A DNA stretch of 64,000 nt from Naegleria gruberi. Lineage: Eukaryota. Both the position numbers and the translations under genes were made by a program. Below the pieces are notes generated by a model. The model worked only from the letters and a program-made list of their open reading frames with translations. It was not told the origin of the DNA and did no database searches. The stretch lies in assembly GCA_000004985.1 (NCBI GenBank), contig GG738873.1. One strand, written 5' to 3'. Each line of letters begins with the position of its first letter. Within the stretch, counting starts at the first letter, position 1. Below are positions 1 through 11,900 of the stretch, piece by piece.

Positions 1-1357
1 GGATGGATTATCTGCATCTAAGGATCCTTACAGTGAAAACAATGCTGTACTGACTCCAAAATCTGCCTCCAACTCTTTTAATGCTATGGATATGTCGCCA
101 GTATTTTCTAATCTTGTAGATTATTCTCCACTAACTCCAAAAACTCCAAGCAGAGCAAGAGCTAGCTCATTCCAAGTGCAGAGAAAGCCATCAGGAACAT
201 TGCATTGTCATCCAAAGTCAAAAATTCTTGGATGTCCTGGTATTATTGCACACTTTATATTGAATTGTAGAAAGAGAGTGTTAGTGAAGGATAACTCTGG
301 AAGAGTTACTCTTTGGGATATTACCACAGGTAACATGATCAAAGATTATACAGAACTCAATAATACAATGACAGATGACGGAGAGGATTTATTTGAAACC
401 TTATGCAACGATTTTTCTAAAGAAATGATTTCTGTGAGGAATTGGTTCACTGTTGAGAAAAAGTTGGGATGTCTAGAAATTGTACTCAATCCAAATGAAT
501 GCTTTAATGCAGAAAATTATGCCTTCGAGTCTGGTTTCAAAGATGCTATTGAGGAAGAAAAGGTCAACTATGGAGTAATGACCATTCAGGCTCTGTTTAG
601 AAATTGGAAAGAATGTAGAAATGAAGTTTTATTGCAACAAATGTCAGAAGAGGAACGTAAAGAAAGAGAAGAAAGGCTCAGTACTGAGCAAAGAGAAGAC
701 CTCCCTCAATTACTACCAGAGCGTACATTTAATTTACCTGAAAATACTTCTGTAATCGTTCACTTTGAAAAGAATGATAGTGAGAAGAGCCCTTTCAAAA
801 AGCAACTAAGACACTTTGATGGCAATGAGACCGAAATTACTCACATTCCTCAGTGGGTTGTTGATATTTTAAGAGGTATTCCTCCTAATGTAAACCCTCA
901 GTCACACAAACTTTCATTCTACTTGGAGCCGGCTCATGATGAAAAGTATCTTGGACCACTTCTTCAAAATCATGCCAAGTTGGTTGCTCATAGAATTTTG
1001 AGAATTTACAAAGTTGCCTCTCACATTGCAACAAAATTGAATCTTGAGCTACCTACTGTTAAAGAACTGGAGGAATCAAAGAAGTTATATTATGAACTGA
1101 AAGCAAAGGAGCACGAAGAAAATCCTCAAATTCCCCTTATAACTCAACAGGATGACGAGAACTTTGATGAGTCCCTCAAGTTGAGTGCAGAACGTGATCC
1201 AAATTCGCAATGTCGCCCAGAAGAATTTATTGAGATTATTTGTTATGGAAATAGAATGAAAAATACTTGGAATTTAGCTATTGCCAATGCGTTTTATCGT
1301 CCAAATAATGTATCTTGGATAACCCTCAACTATAGACAACGATACAGAACCAAGTAA
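1..1357 (+). CDS. C-terminal portion of a WD-repeat protein 48 (UAF1)-like protein; 5'-partial, the reading frame is open to the start of the window
   Basis: The frame of ORF 86..1357 has no stop back to base 2. The protein (…HFILNCRKRVLVKDNSGRVTLWDITTGNMIKDY…NWFTVEKKLGCLEIVLNPNECFNA…) matches the conserved C-terminal domain of WDR48/UAF1 (DUF3337). Stop at 1355-1357. Confidence 0.55.
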   Translation, partial: DGLSASKDPYSENNAVLTPKSASNSFNAMDMSPVFSNLVDYSPLTPKTPSRARASSFQVQRKPSGTLHCHPKSKILGCPGIIAHFILNCRKRVLVKDNSGRVTLWDITTGNMIKDYTELNNTMTDDGEDLFETLCNDFSKEMISVRNWFTVEKKLGCLEIVLNPNECFNAENYAFESGFKDAIEEEKVNYGVMTIQALFRNWKECRNEVLLQQMSEEERKEREERLSTEQREDLPQLLPERTFNLPENTSVIVHFEKNDSEKSPFKKQLRHFDGNETEITHIPQWVVDILRGIPPNVNPQSHKLSFYLEPAHDEKYLGPLLQNHAKLVAHRILRIYKVASHIATKLNLELPTVKELEESKKLYYELKAKEHEENPQIPLITQQDDENFDESLKLSAERDPNSQCRPEEFIEIICYGNRMKNTWNLAIANAFYRPNNVSWITLNYRQRYRTK

Positions 1358-1577
1358 TCAAGTAGACTTGTTTTGATTTGTGTAAAATTGTAAATTCAAA
1401 AAAGAGGGGAAATTGAAAAGATGGGCCTATTTGGTATGCTTGAACTGCACCAAAATGAAAGCCATAGTGGTATTCTTTCTTTCTGTCTATTGAGTCCAAG
1501 AATATTAAACTATCACATCCAATTAATTATTTCATTTATCTTAGTTATCCAAGTTTAAACAATCAAATATCAAAAAA

Positions 1578-1742
1578 ATGAACTCTGTATCGGAAAAGAT
1601 CTCACAAACAGCAAAAGACATTAACGAATTTGTTCACAATCATCCAGCTTGGACAGCCATCGGAACATTGTGTGTCTTGTATATTGGAGGTAGTATTTAC
1701 TTTAGAAGAGATAAGCCACTCTTGAAGGATGAAAATGAGTAA
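1578..1742 (+). CDS. Small (54-aa) single-pass membrane protein, hypothetical
   Basis: ATG in A-rich context (caaaaaaATG). ORF MNSVSEKISQTAKDINEFVHNHPAWTAIGTLCVLYIGGSIYFRRDKPLLKDENE has one hydrophobic helix. It falls below the ORF-track length cutoff. Confidence 0.3.
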   Translation: MNSVSEKISQTAKDINEFVHNHPAWTAIGTLCVLYIGGSIYFRRDKPLLKDENE

Positions 1743-1949
1743 TTATTTATTTGGATCATCAATCACCAGCAGCCTTTATTTAATTAATAAAAATTATTTC
1801 ATCCTCCTTCCTCATCATCAAATAATTTAATTTAATAATAATAGAGTAATAATTTATTAATATAATCAATTAGCCAAATGGACTCCATTCAAGTCCACGC
1901 TCATCATCATGATATTAATAATAATATTCATCTAATTTAATTAAAAAAA

Positions 1950-2858
1950 ATGTCCAATTTATTCAATAAAGTAAAGAAGCTTGTCTCATCAGCAGCATCG
2001 ACAATATCGGGATCCTCAACAAGAACATTCGTTGGAAAAGATATCAAGGGAAATAGCTATTTTTTGGAGGTGGATACAGGAAAGGAGAAGAGAACTGTAG
2101 AGTATTCTAAAGGCTATGATACCTCTGCTTTGCATTTACCTCAAGATCTTCCATTGGAGTGGGTTTCGTGGTTAAAGTATTTACGTGAAAAACCACCAAC
2201 AGAAAAGGAATCCAAGATTTTGGCTGATTATAGAGAAAAATTAAAAGCAAATGGAGAAAAGTGGGATGAAGAACAAAGAAGACTCTTTTTACAAAATCAA
2301 GCAAATGAGGGAAATGCTAGAAATAATATTAGGAGTGAAAATGAAAATTATAGACCAAGTGATACACCACCATCTTTCCAATTTGTTGCAGATCGTCTCA
2401 AAGAAGAGGGAAAACTCTCTAATGAAGCTGCCACTTTGACAGAAGAATTTGAAGGTGGAGACAAGTCACAAAATGTAAGACTTTCAAAGATGTTATCTGC
2501 AAGTGGAGAATTGAAATCAACCTATTCAGCTAAGGAAATGGAACAATTGAGGAGAGGATCTAAAATTGCACAATACGAGGAAGAGCAAGCCAAATCAGAA
2601 AAAGATCCATTTGCTCATCTCATTCCAGATGCCAGATATAAGAGAAATCGTACTGATGAAGATGTTCAACAACTTCTTAACCAAGCTGCTGAAGAATTTG
2701 ATTTACCAAAGGATATGAGAAATCCATCCAATCTCACTCAGGAACAAATCAGAAATGTATCCAAACATTACTCAAAATCTAGAACTAGTCCTTTCCTTGG
2801 TAAGAAACCACAAGTAAGAGCCAATTCTGGATTTGTAAATAATGAAGAAGAAAAGTAA
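1950..2858 (+). CDS. NDUFA12-family protein, most like the complex I assembly factor NDUFAF2 (mimitin), with a long charged C-terminal extension
   Basis: ATG after an A-run (ttaaaaaaaATG). N-terminus FVGKDIKGNSYF…LPLEWVSWLKYLREKPPT matches the NDUFA12/NDUFAF2 signature (GxD.xGNxYY … EW.xWL…PPT). Confidence 0.55.
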   Translation: MSNLFNKVKKLVSSAASTISGSSTRTFVGKDIKGNSYFLEVDTGKEKRTVEYSKGYDTSALHLPQDLPLEWVSWLKYLREKPPTEKESKILADYREKLKANGEKWDEEQRRLFLQNQANEGNARNNIRSENENYRPSDTPPSFQFVADRLKEEGKLSNEAATLTEEFEGGDKSQNVRLSKMLSASGELKSTYSAKEMEQLRRGSKIAQYEEEQAKSEKDPFAHLIPDARYKRNRTDEDVQQLLNQAAEEFDLPKDMRNPSNLTQEQIRNVSKHYSKSRTSPFLGKKPQVRANSGFVNNEEEK

Positions 2859-2976
2859 TGTGTTTTGTATCAATTTTATTATAAATTATCATTCGAAGTT
2901 TCAAGGATTAAGAAAAGAAGTTAACTTCAAGAAAATTCAGGCAGAAAGGTATCACAATATATGATAAACCTTGGTT

Positions 2977-5228
2977 TTATTTGCATGAAGAGTTCTTACA
3001 TTGTTGTTTGAAGAAAACAGTTCCCTTCTCAATCAATGAAGAAACATATTCATCACTGGTTGGATACATTTTTGGCTTAATGAGAGATGAGACTTTGACT
3101 TGATGTCGAGGTTTTCCATAGAGATCAGCCAATGCTTCACTCGGTAATAAATACCATCTCAAGTGGCCGTACTTGGATTTGAAGCCATAGGTTTCTTCAT
3201 CTCCAAATAGTTTTGTAATTTCTTCCTCAAAATCCAAAGTAAAGTTATTATTCTTGACTAGCTCAACTGACTGATCGAGTAATTGTTGAGCATTTTGTAA
3301 AATATCGGCATAATTGTGTAATTTCTTTGGTTCTGAGGTAAATAATTGATTGAACTTTTCAACAAATTCCAATTGACCATTTTGGAAAGTCACATCTGTC
3401 AACTTCTTTCTGTGTTGTGTTAAAAACTTGGTGAAATTGGCATGAATTGGTGCTGAATTGGAATCGAAATTTCTGTGCATCCATTCGTTTGTCTTTTCAT
3501 TGAAAATATAATAAGGCAAAAACTTCCAACCATGCGTGGCCACAAAATCCATCGCATTAAGTATAAAGTCCACCATCTTGTCATCGAAAAAGTAATTGAA
3601 ATTCAATCGTATCCATCCAGGTTTCAAATGAACTAGTGAAATAGGACTCTTATACGATTCCAATAAGGCTCCCTCCAATTCGTGAACTTCCTCTTGTGAA
3701 ATACCGAGAATTTCCTCTCCATACGGACCTGCACAAGCACAGCCACTTCTCGTCTGAATTCCAAACAAATCATTCATGAGTAAACTAATGAAAGAGTGGT
3801 GCAAATAATAATCACCATGTTTGACTAGAAAGGAAAAGAAGGCCAATCTATCAACTCCTCCCATTGATGCTTTCTTGACCTGGTCCTAGAATGTGTAAAT
3901 TTGGATTCCTACTCAAGAAATCAAAAGCCCTCTGTCTGTAATTCTCCTCAATTTTTGTAATCAATTCAGCTCCAACATCTTGTTTCAATTTGAATGCCAA
4001 GGCACATCGAATTGAGCCAATAATATCTGGAGTGCCTCCTTCCTCACGTTCCTCAATGATATTGGTATAACTATGATTGTTGGCATCAACAAAATAGACA
4101 GTTCCACCAGCTGGTCTATTTGGAGTCTCTGGAAATACAATTTCAGTCAACTACTAGAGGAAAATTTCAATACTACTTACTATTTTGGAATAGTTTCTTC
4201 TTGGCAACTAAAACACCAGGTGTTCCAGGGCCTCCAATAAACTTGTGTGGTGAAATAAAGATGGCATCTTTCTGATACATTGGATCATTTCTTGGATTCA
4301 TGTCAATTGGAACGTATGGAGCTGCTCCAGCATAATCAAAAAAGCACAATGCTCCAAATTCATGACTTAACTTTGAAATTCGATCACAATCTGTCAAAAC
4401 TCCGGTAACATTTGAACCAGCACTGAATGAACATATCAAAACTCGTTTTCCATTCTTGTACTTTTTCAAACATTCTTCCAAATATTCAAAATTCACATTT
4501 CCAAACTTGTCTTCAATAATTTGCACCACAATGGCTCCAACTTCTCTCCACGGCAAAATATTACTATGATGTTCATACGGTGATATAAACACAACAGGAA
4601 TCTCTTCATGACCACTAGCATTCTGAACTAGTTCTCTAATACCAATACAATGTACCAATGTTGAAATAGCCGAAGTACTTCCACTTCCTTGAAATAAGAC
4701 AACATCCGAATCTTCACCACCACTCAATCTTGCATTCACACATTCAGCAATAATTCTCCTAGCATCCTCTCTGAAATGAGTTGTCTGAAATCCACTAAAC
4801 GATGAAGTAGTATGTGTATTTGCATAGGTAGGTAAAACTTCCTCAAACAAATAATCTTCAATGAATTTGAGTGGTTTTCCAGAGGCAATATAATCACAAT
4901 AGGTTAGTGGAAGAAATCTATTTTCCTCAAATGGAGTTCTAAAGACTGCTTCACTTCCAATGATATTTTCATGAATATTCTTGATGAGGGAAACCTTGCT
5001 TTTCACAGTTTGCTTTCTGACACTTTCCTTTTCAAATTGTAAAGTTTCGTCTATTATCTTTTCTAATAACTTGTATTCGATAGAGTGTTCATCAAATGGT
5101 CGACTACTTCTTTGAGCCATCGTTCTCTTTGGACGAGTTAGTACAAGTGTCTTTTTGAACTTTTCAATTTCTTCGTCTGCATTCACCTTACGTGAGGATG
5201 ATGTAATTGTAATTTGTTTGTTTCCCAT
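2977..5228 (-). CDS. PLP-dependent class V aminotransferase / cysteine-desulfurase-like enzyme (~730 aa) with three coding blocks and two short introns
   Basis: Three collinear minus-strand ORFs (5228→4181, 4128→~3860, ~3830→2977). Fold-V motifs are present (…FISPHKFIGGPGTPGVLV…, QTRSGCACAGPYG, WIRLNFNYF…). Intron 1 is ~4129-4180 (GTAAGT…CCAG, 52 nt) and restores the frame. The second junction near 3830-3895 has two possible short introns (31 or 64 nt). Confidence 0.65.
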
Positions 5229-5977
5229 TTTTTTATGTGGTTGAAATTGTTGAATGTTGTGTGGTTCAATTTAAAGCAGTGAGCCGTTATGTGTTCCAAG
5301 TACTAATTTCTTGGTCGGTATGGATAAATTTGGACAGGTTACCTTAAAAAATAACAAGTGCTCTCTCATTGTAGTTCAAGTGGAACAACTGCCCAGTTCT
5401 ATCACTGTTGTAATCTAATGAAAATGTTCCTAGAGTGAAAATTCATTCTATGAAAGGTTGGGAGAACTCGAAAAATAGTTCGGTGCAGTGAATATGGGTA
5501 TTTCAATATGATCTCAATAGAAGATAGAGCCGGTTCAAGTTGAAAATGATTTTACGAAAGTGGTGGAATAACTTATTTTCTTTTTCTACCTCTTTCTACC
5601 TTGGTTTTCTATTAATCTCTTTCTCTTCTTTTTCATTTCTAGTTTGATTTTAGCATCATCATTCCCTAAATTGGCTTCATACCATGAAATGGCCATTTCT
5701 CTAACACTTTCTTCTTCACAAAGCATATCACCTAAGGCAATTTGAGCATCCTTATCATTGGCACTAGCTAATTTCTCCAGTAAGTTATAGGACTTCTCGT
5801 ATGATTGGTGAACTCCATTTCCTTCATAATGTAAATTTCAAACGATTGTTCGACACCATCGATCTCCTAGTTTTGTTTGAGCTTCATTGTCTCCGTCATT
5901 AGTTGGCTCCTTCAATCAGTTCAATAGTGATATCCACGAAAAAGAATACAGATCTGAAAAGATAATTTTTAATTAGA

Positions 5978-8900
5978 TCATCTTCTCCTTCTTCTTAATT
6001 GGTCAAAAACTGAATTATTCAAAATATCCTGTGCTTGAGGTCTGATGGCACTGTCCTTTTCCAACATTGATAAAGTCAAGTCAATGATATATTGAGAATA
6101 TTGACCAGGCTCTTCCATTTTCTTCTTTAATAATTGTGAAACTTCCTTTTGATCCTTAGTGACATAGAGTTGACTAATTGATGTAAAAGTGTCCTTAGTT
6201 ATTATTTGATAAATAGTTACACCTAAACTGTAAATATCAGTGTTATAGAAATACTTGCCACCATATCCCAATTCTTTAAAAAACAATTTAAAATTAATGT
6301 CAGTTATCTCTTAATTACTTACCAGGTGACATGAATAGAGGAGTGCCAGCATATGAATTATTGGTAGAACCTTGATTTGCTTTGGCCAATCCAAAATCTG
6401 CAATAACTATTTCAATATTATCCTTATCTAAACTCTTTACAAAAATATTGGATGGTTTGATATCTCTGTGGATGAGTTTCATTGAGCTGTGAATATAATC
6501 AAGAGCGCTACACATTTGGAAAATGATTTGCAATAATATCTGTTCTGAACATGTAGAATCATCTTTGGTCAATTGAACCAAATCTCCCAATTCATAAAAG
6601 TCCATATCAATACACAACAATTGATCCTTACTAATAAAAAAGTCATTAACCTTAAGAATATTTGAATGGTGAATATTCATCAATTGAGTTCCTTCCTTCA
6701 TAAAATTATTCAACTCCTCTGTTGATGTGTATTTGATTACTTTGATTGCCTTCATGGTGTTTGTTTTGGAATCAAAAGCTTTGAATACTGAACCAAAGGC
6801 ACCTTGACCAATTTTAACCAAGTCCATATATCTTGAGAGTGGATTGAAGGATTGACTGCTACCTCCAGTAGATGAGATACTAGTGAGAGGAGTCAAAAAC
6901 ATACTGGCATCTGATGGGAAATCACTTGATTGACCAAGCTCAATATTTTGAATAGTTTGAAGTTCGTACGCTTTTTGAGATTTTAATTTCCAAACACAAA
7001 CTGAAAATACCACTACAATAATAGCTATGATAATTATTGCAATCAACACAACTGGAATTGTAACACCAAGGATGATACCAAGAGTTTGATCATCAATGGA
7101 TCTGGGAATTGAGTTAGAAACATTAGGTGCATAATAATAAGCAAGTTCTTGAACTGTGAATAGAGATAAGTGATTAGTGACACATTCCAAATTGAAATAG
7201 AGTTTACCTTCCTCTCTTTTGACAATTGTCATTGATTGAGTCAAAATACCAGAATTAGACCAAGTTTGTTTCACTGAATCATAGTAACTGCATGAAATGT
7301 TAGTATCTGTCTTGTCATTTGTAAACAAATTATTGAACTTGATTGAAATTGGTTTTGTAAGGCCACTGACAGGTACTTGAGCTCCACTTTCTTGACTATA
7401 AATGGATAATTCAAAAATTGGTCTATTTTCAAGAATGTTATTTAGTGTGGTATCCTTCTTGATCAATGAAGAGCTGTAGAATAATTTGACATTGTTTGGA
7501 ATACTTAATTGAGAAGTAAAATCGGATGGGAAACTGGCCGAAACTTGAATAGTATCTTCAATCATTATAGAAATTTCCTTTCCATTCAATTGAGTTTCCA
7601 AATCCAGACTTTCAAGTGAATAAGTCCCCAATGTATTATTCGTAGTCAACCCACTCAACAATAAATATTTAACTTGATATCCTACAATGAGTGATTGTTT
7701 CTCTAATTTTGAGGAAAATCTCTTAATCAAAATAGATTGTAAATTTGATAGCTCAGTATAGTGAGTTTCGTCCAATAGAGTTAATCTTAATGCAGAAGTA
7801 TAGTACTGCTTGGATTTGTCCATTCCTGAATAAGTCCAATCAAGCCACTTTACAAGATTATCAGTCATGGAATTGATGGAATTTTCATCTTGTAAAGTGA
7901 GATCGAGAATTGAGAAAATATCACAAATTATTGGAAGGACCATTTGAATAAGTTTTTCATCGACTTTGGATGTCAAACTCTGTACATTATTTAGGAGTGA
8001 TAGCATTTCATTCAAATTGGAGTTTAGAGTTTGAATTTGAGAATTGGAAGTTTCGGTAAACAATCTTCCAGTGAAATTTTCAAAATTAGTTTCGTTTAAA
8101 AGGAGAATTGACATGAGGGAATTAATGGAATTGACAGTTTCAATCTTCAATGGTTCTACTCTTTTTAAAGTATAAAATTGATCATTTACATAATTCAGTT
8201 TAGACGAAATTGAGTTTGTAATCGAATTTGGAGCTTTCATTGTAATTGTTCTTGTAAGCGTTCCAATAGATCCATATCTATTGACAAGTTTTACAACGAG
8301 ATTTAAATCTGAACCATCTCTACTGAGTGGAAGTCTGGTTACAAGGTTTTTCTTTAGAGTGTTGGAAAGAATTGATATTCTTTCTCCTTGTTGAGAATGA
8401 ATTTCCATTACATAATTCGAAACTGGTTCTGAAGGTAAATTGAGACAAGAAATGGTCATGAAGCTTTCGAATGCATAATTAACAGCTTCGTTTCTTAAAT
8501 TGTAATAGGAACATGAAAATCTTGGAGTATTGTCAATTCTTGTGGAAAGTGAAATATTCGATTGACCAAACTCATTCCAAGTTGACAACTCAAATGAATA
8601 AAATTCACCATCAATCAAATATTCATTTCCAATATTCAACTCTGATGTAACAGAATTACCACCAACATTTCTAATGGTTTCTCTATTTCTCAAGAATTCG
8701 TCCACATTCTCACCCACTGCAACATTCAATCTTCCTTCCACCAATTTCCAACTTGTTGTAACACTAGAAGTAGAAGAAATAAGAGTCTTTAAAACCAATG
8801 GACGATGACTAGCATGAATAGGAGGTCTATAAGGGCTACTAAGTTTTGGAGCTTGAATGGATGAATCAGTCAACTTGATAAAACCAATGAAATTGTAAGG

Positions 8901-11900
8901 AATTGAAACGAACGAGTTGGTATAGTAAACTATTAAATTGATAGAGTACATTCCTTCAGATAAATTCAAAGATGCTGGATTAAAAGTCAACGATTGTTGA
9001 GTATTTTGACTTGTACATAAATTTGAAGAAATGGTCAACTTGGTCAAAGGATCAACTTGGAAACATGAATAAGAATAAGTGAAATAATCCTTAATAGTAA
9101 ATGTCGTAATGAATGGATCATCATTTTCAAATGTTATAGTAATGGCTCCATTTCTAATAGAATGTGTTCTATTGACTTGTGTCAAGACATGATCCAATCT
9201 GTCAAATGTTTTGTAATTGAAATAGTATGGAAGTGATAAACTTTCATATGTTTTCAAGTGTAATCCAACTACTTGTGCATTAGAATTGTATTCACTATCA
9301 ATTAGTTCATTATTATAAATGTTGACTAATCTAAACATTTGCTTTTGAAAAACTTCAGCATTTAAAAGACTGAAAAATCCAGAAAAAGTATACGAAATGG
9401 AACTATTCAATGAATTCAAGCTAGATTCTACAATACAATTATGTCCAACACATGAAAATGGAGCATCCTTAACATTATCTCCAAACCAAGTGAAAGAAGG
9501 TGGTAAACTCTTGAGATTTGGTTGAACTCTTGTAATATCTCTTGAACTAGTTGCATAATTTAACAAGTTGACTGAATCAAGTTTCAAAGTGAGTACTTTC
9601 AGATAAGAGGCATCCAATGGAATGGTATTTAACAAGGAAATTGGAATGTTGATAATTGACTTGTTGTTATATTGTAAAAGATGGGATGAAATAGTTTGAG
9701 GACAATTTTCACATGTCCACACACGTTGAACTCGTTTGAAGGAATGGTAATAGTCATCTGTGTTGGATCTAACAATCAAATCTTGACTTGGTGGGAGAGT
9801 GGTGAGTAAATCATTGATTGAGGAAACAAAACTTCTTCCTTTCATAATGTTTAAAGATTCAGTTGAGTTGACCATCAATGAAATGTTATATCTGCTATCA
9901 GAATCAAGTAAAATTATTGATCCATGTACAATTGAGTGATCATATCCGAGTAAAATCTTGAAATAAGAACTAGTCCACAAGCATTGAACAAAATCCTTCT
10001 CACCAAATCTTGACTGTTCGTCCAAATTCATAATTTGATCACATGAGAAAATACTACCTGCTTGTTTTGAAATATTGAGAATGTTACTGAATGGAGAATA
10101 GATTAAAGCATTAGGAACATCTAGAAGGACATGATGATGTTGACATTTGTTTCCAGCAAATCCTTCATTACATAAACAATTATCAATTCCAATACAGCTA
10201 CCTCTCGATGAGCAAACATTTGAATTATTGGAATAGAGACCAAAACAATTGCTGTGTTGACATTCCTCGCCTCCATATCCCGTGTTACAATTACATTGAT
10301 TTGGAGCTTGACATTTACCTCTTCCATAACATACAGAGCTAGAATTGGATAGAATTCCAAAACATGAAGTCAAGGAACAATCCTTCTCTTTCCAGCCCTG
10401 ATTACATGTGCAGTTATCATAGGAGCTACATTGACCATTACCTGAACAAATGTATGAAGTATTAGACGAAAGTACATTGTAACATTTTAAAAATTCACAT
10501 CTACTACCACCCCATTCTTTTGGACATTTACAATCACCAGGTCCATCACATGTTCCGTTGTTTTGACAAACACTAACTCCAACAGATTGACCAGCACAAG
10601 TAAAATCATCACAAAAAGCACCAAAATAACCTATTGAACATGTACAGTTATTGTAAAAGTTACAGACACCGTGTCCAGAACATACACCTGGAGATGTTTT
10701 CACAATTCCATTACAATTATATAATTCGCACTCATTGCCATAGTATCCAAATGGACAGGAACAATTATTGTAAGCTGTACATTGACCTCTTCCAGAACAA
10801 ACTGAAGAGTTGGAAACTGCCATACCAAAACATGTGAAATTCATGCATGCACTTCCAAAATATCCCTCCACACATGAACAATTGTTTGGTTTAATGCAAC
10901 TTCCATGAGAGGAACAAACAGATGGGTTGGTATTTCTAATTCCAAAACAATCAAACTGTTCACAATTAGTGCCATTGTAAAGAGCTGTGCAGTTACAATA
11001 GTTTGGAGATTGACATGTTCCTCCACCTGAGCAAACATTTGTGGCCTGGTAATTGACTCCATAACAATCAAATTCTTCACAATTAGCTCCATAATAATTT
11101 GTATTGTAACATGTACATTCCAAGCTTGTACTGTTAAAGTATTTCTGGCTACTTCCACAAGATTGGAAAGACATGAGTCGAATAACATTATTTCCAGTAT
11201 CTGCAATGTAGATTTCACCAGAATTTCCTAATGCTAATCCTTCAGGATCACTGAATTGAGTATTGAGAGCAGCCATGAAATCTGGAGAGCTTCCTTTAGA
11301 TCCTGTTCCTGCAAGAGTTGAAATCTTACCATTAGTAACCTTTCTAATTCTCTGATTTTCCTTATCAATGAAAATCAAGTCACCTGTCGAGGTCACTTCT
11401 ATGGCGCCAGGCTTGTTTAACGAAGCTGACAAGGCACTTCCTCCATCTCCTGAAAAACCAGCAATACCATTACCTGCCACTGTTGAAATAATTCCACTTT
11501 GTAAATCAATTTTACGAATTACATGATTGATATTCTCAGTAAAATACAGAGCTCCAGAATATAATGCTATTCCATCAGGACCATTTAATTTGGCATTGAC
11601 TGCCAAATTTCCATCTCCTGAATATCCTGCACTCCCTGTTCCAGCAATAATATAAACATCCAAACCATCAATTTTAAGAATCATATTGTGTAAATAATCT
11701 GTCAAGTAAATAATGACTTTGTTGGGGTCATTAATCATGACGAAATGATTACTAGTGAAACTAGCTAGGTTATAGGTTGTTGGTGATGAAATTGGACCTC
11801 CTGTACAAGAACCTGCAATAAGAGAAACTGTGTATCCAGAATCCACTCTCTTCACAGCACAATTATTCTCCAGAAAGAATATTTTAGAATCGACCTGTCG

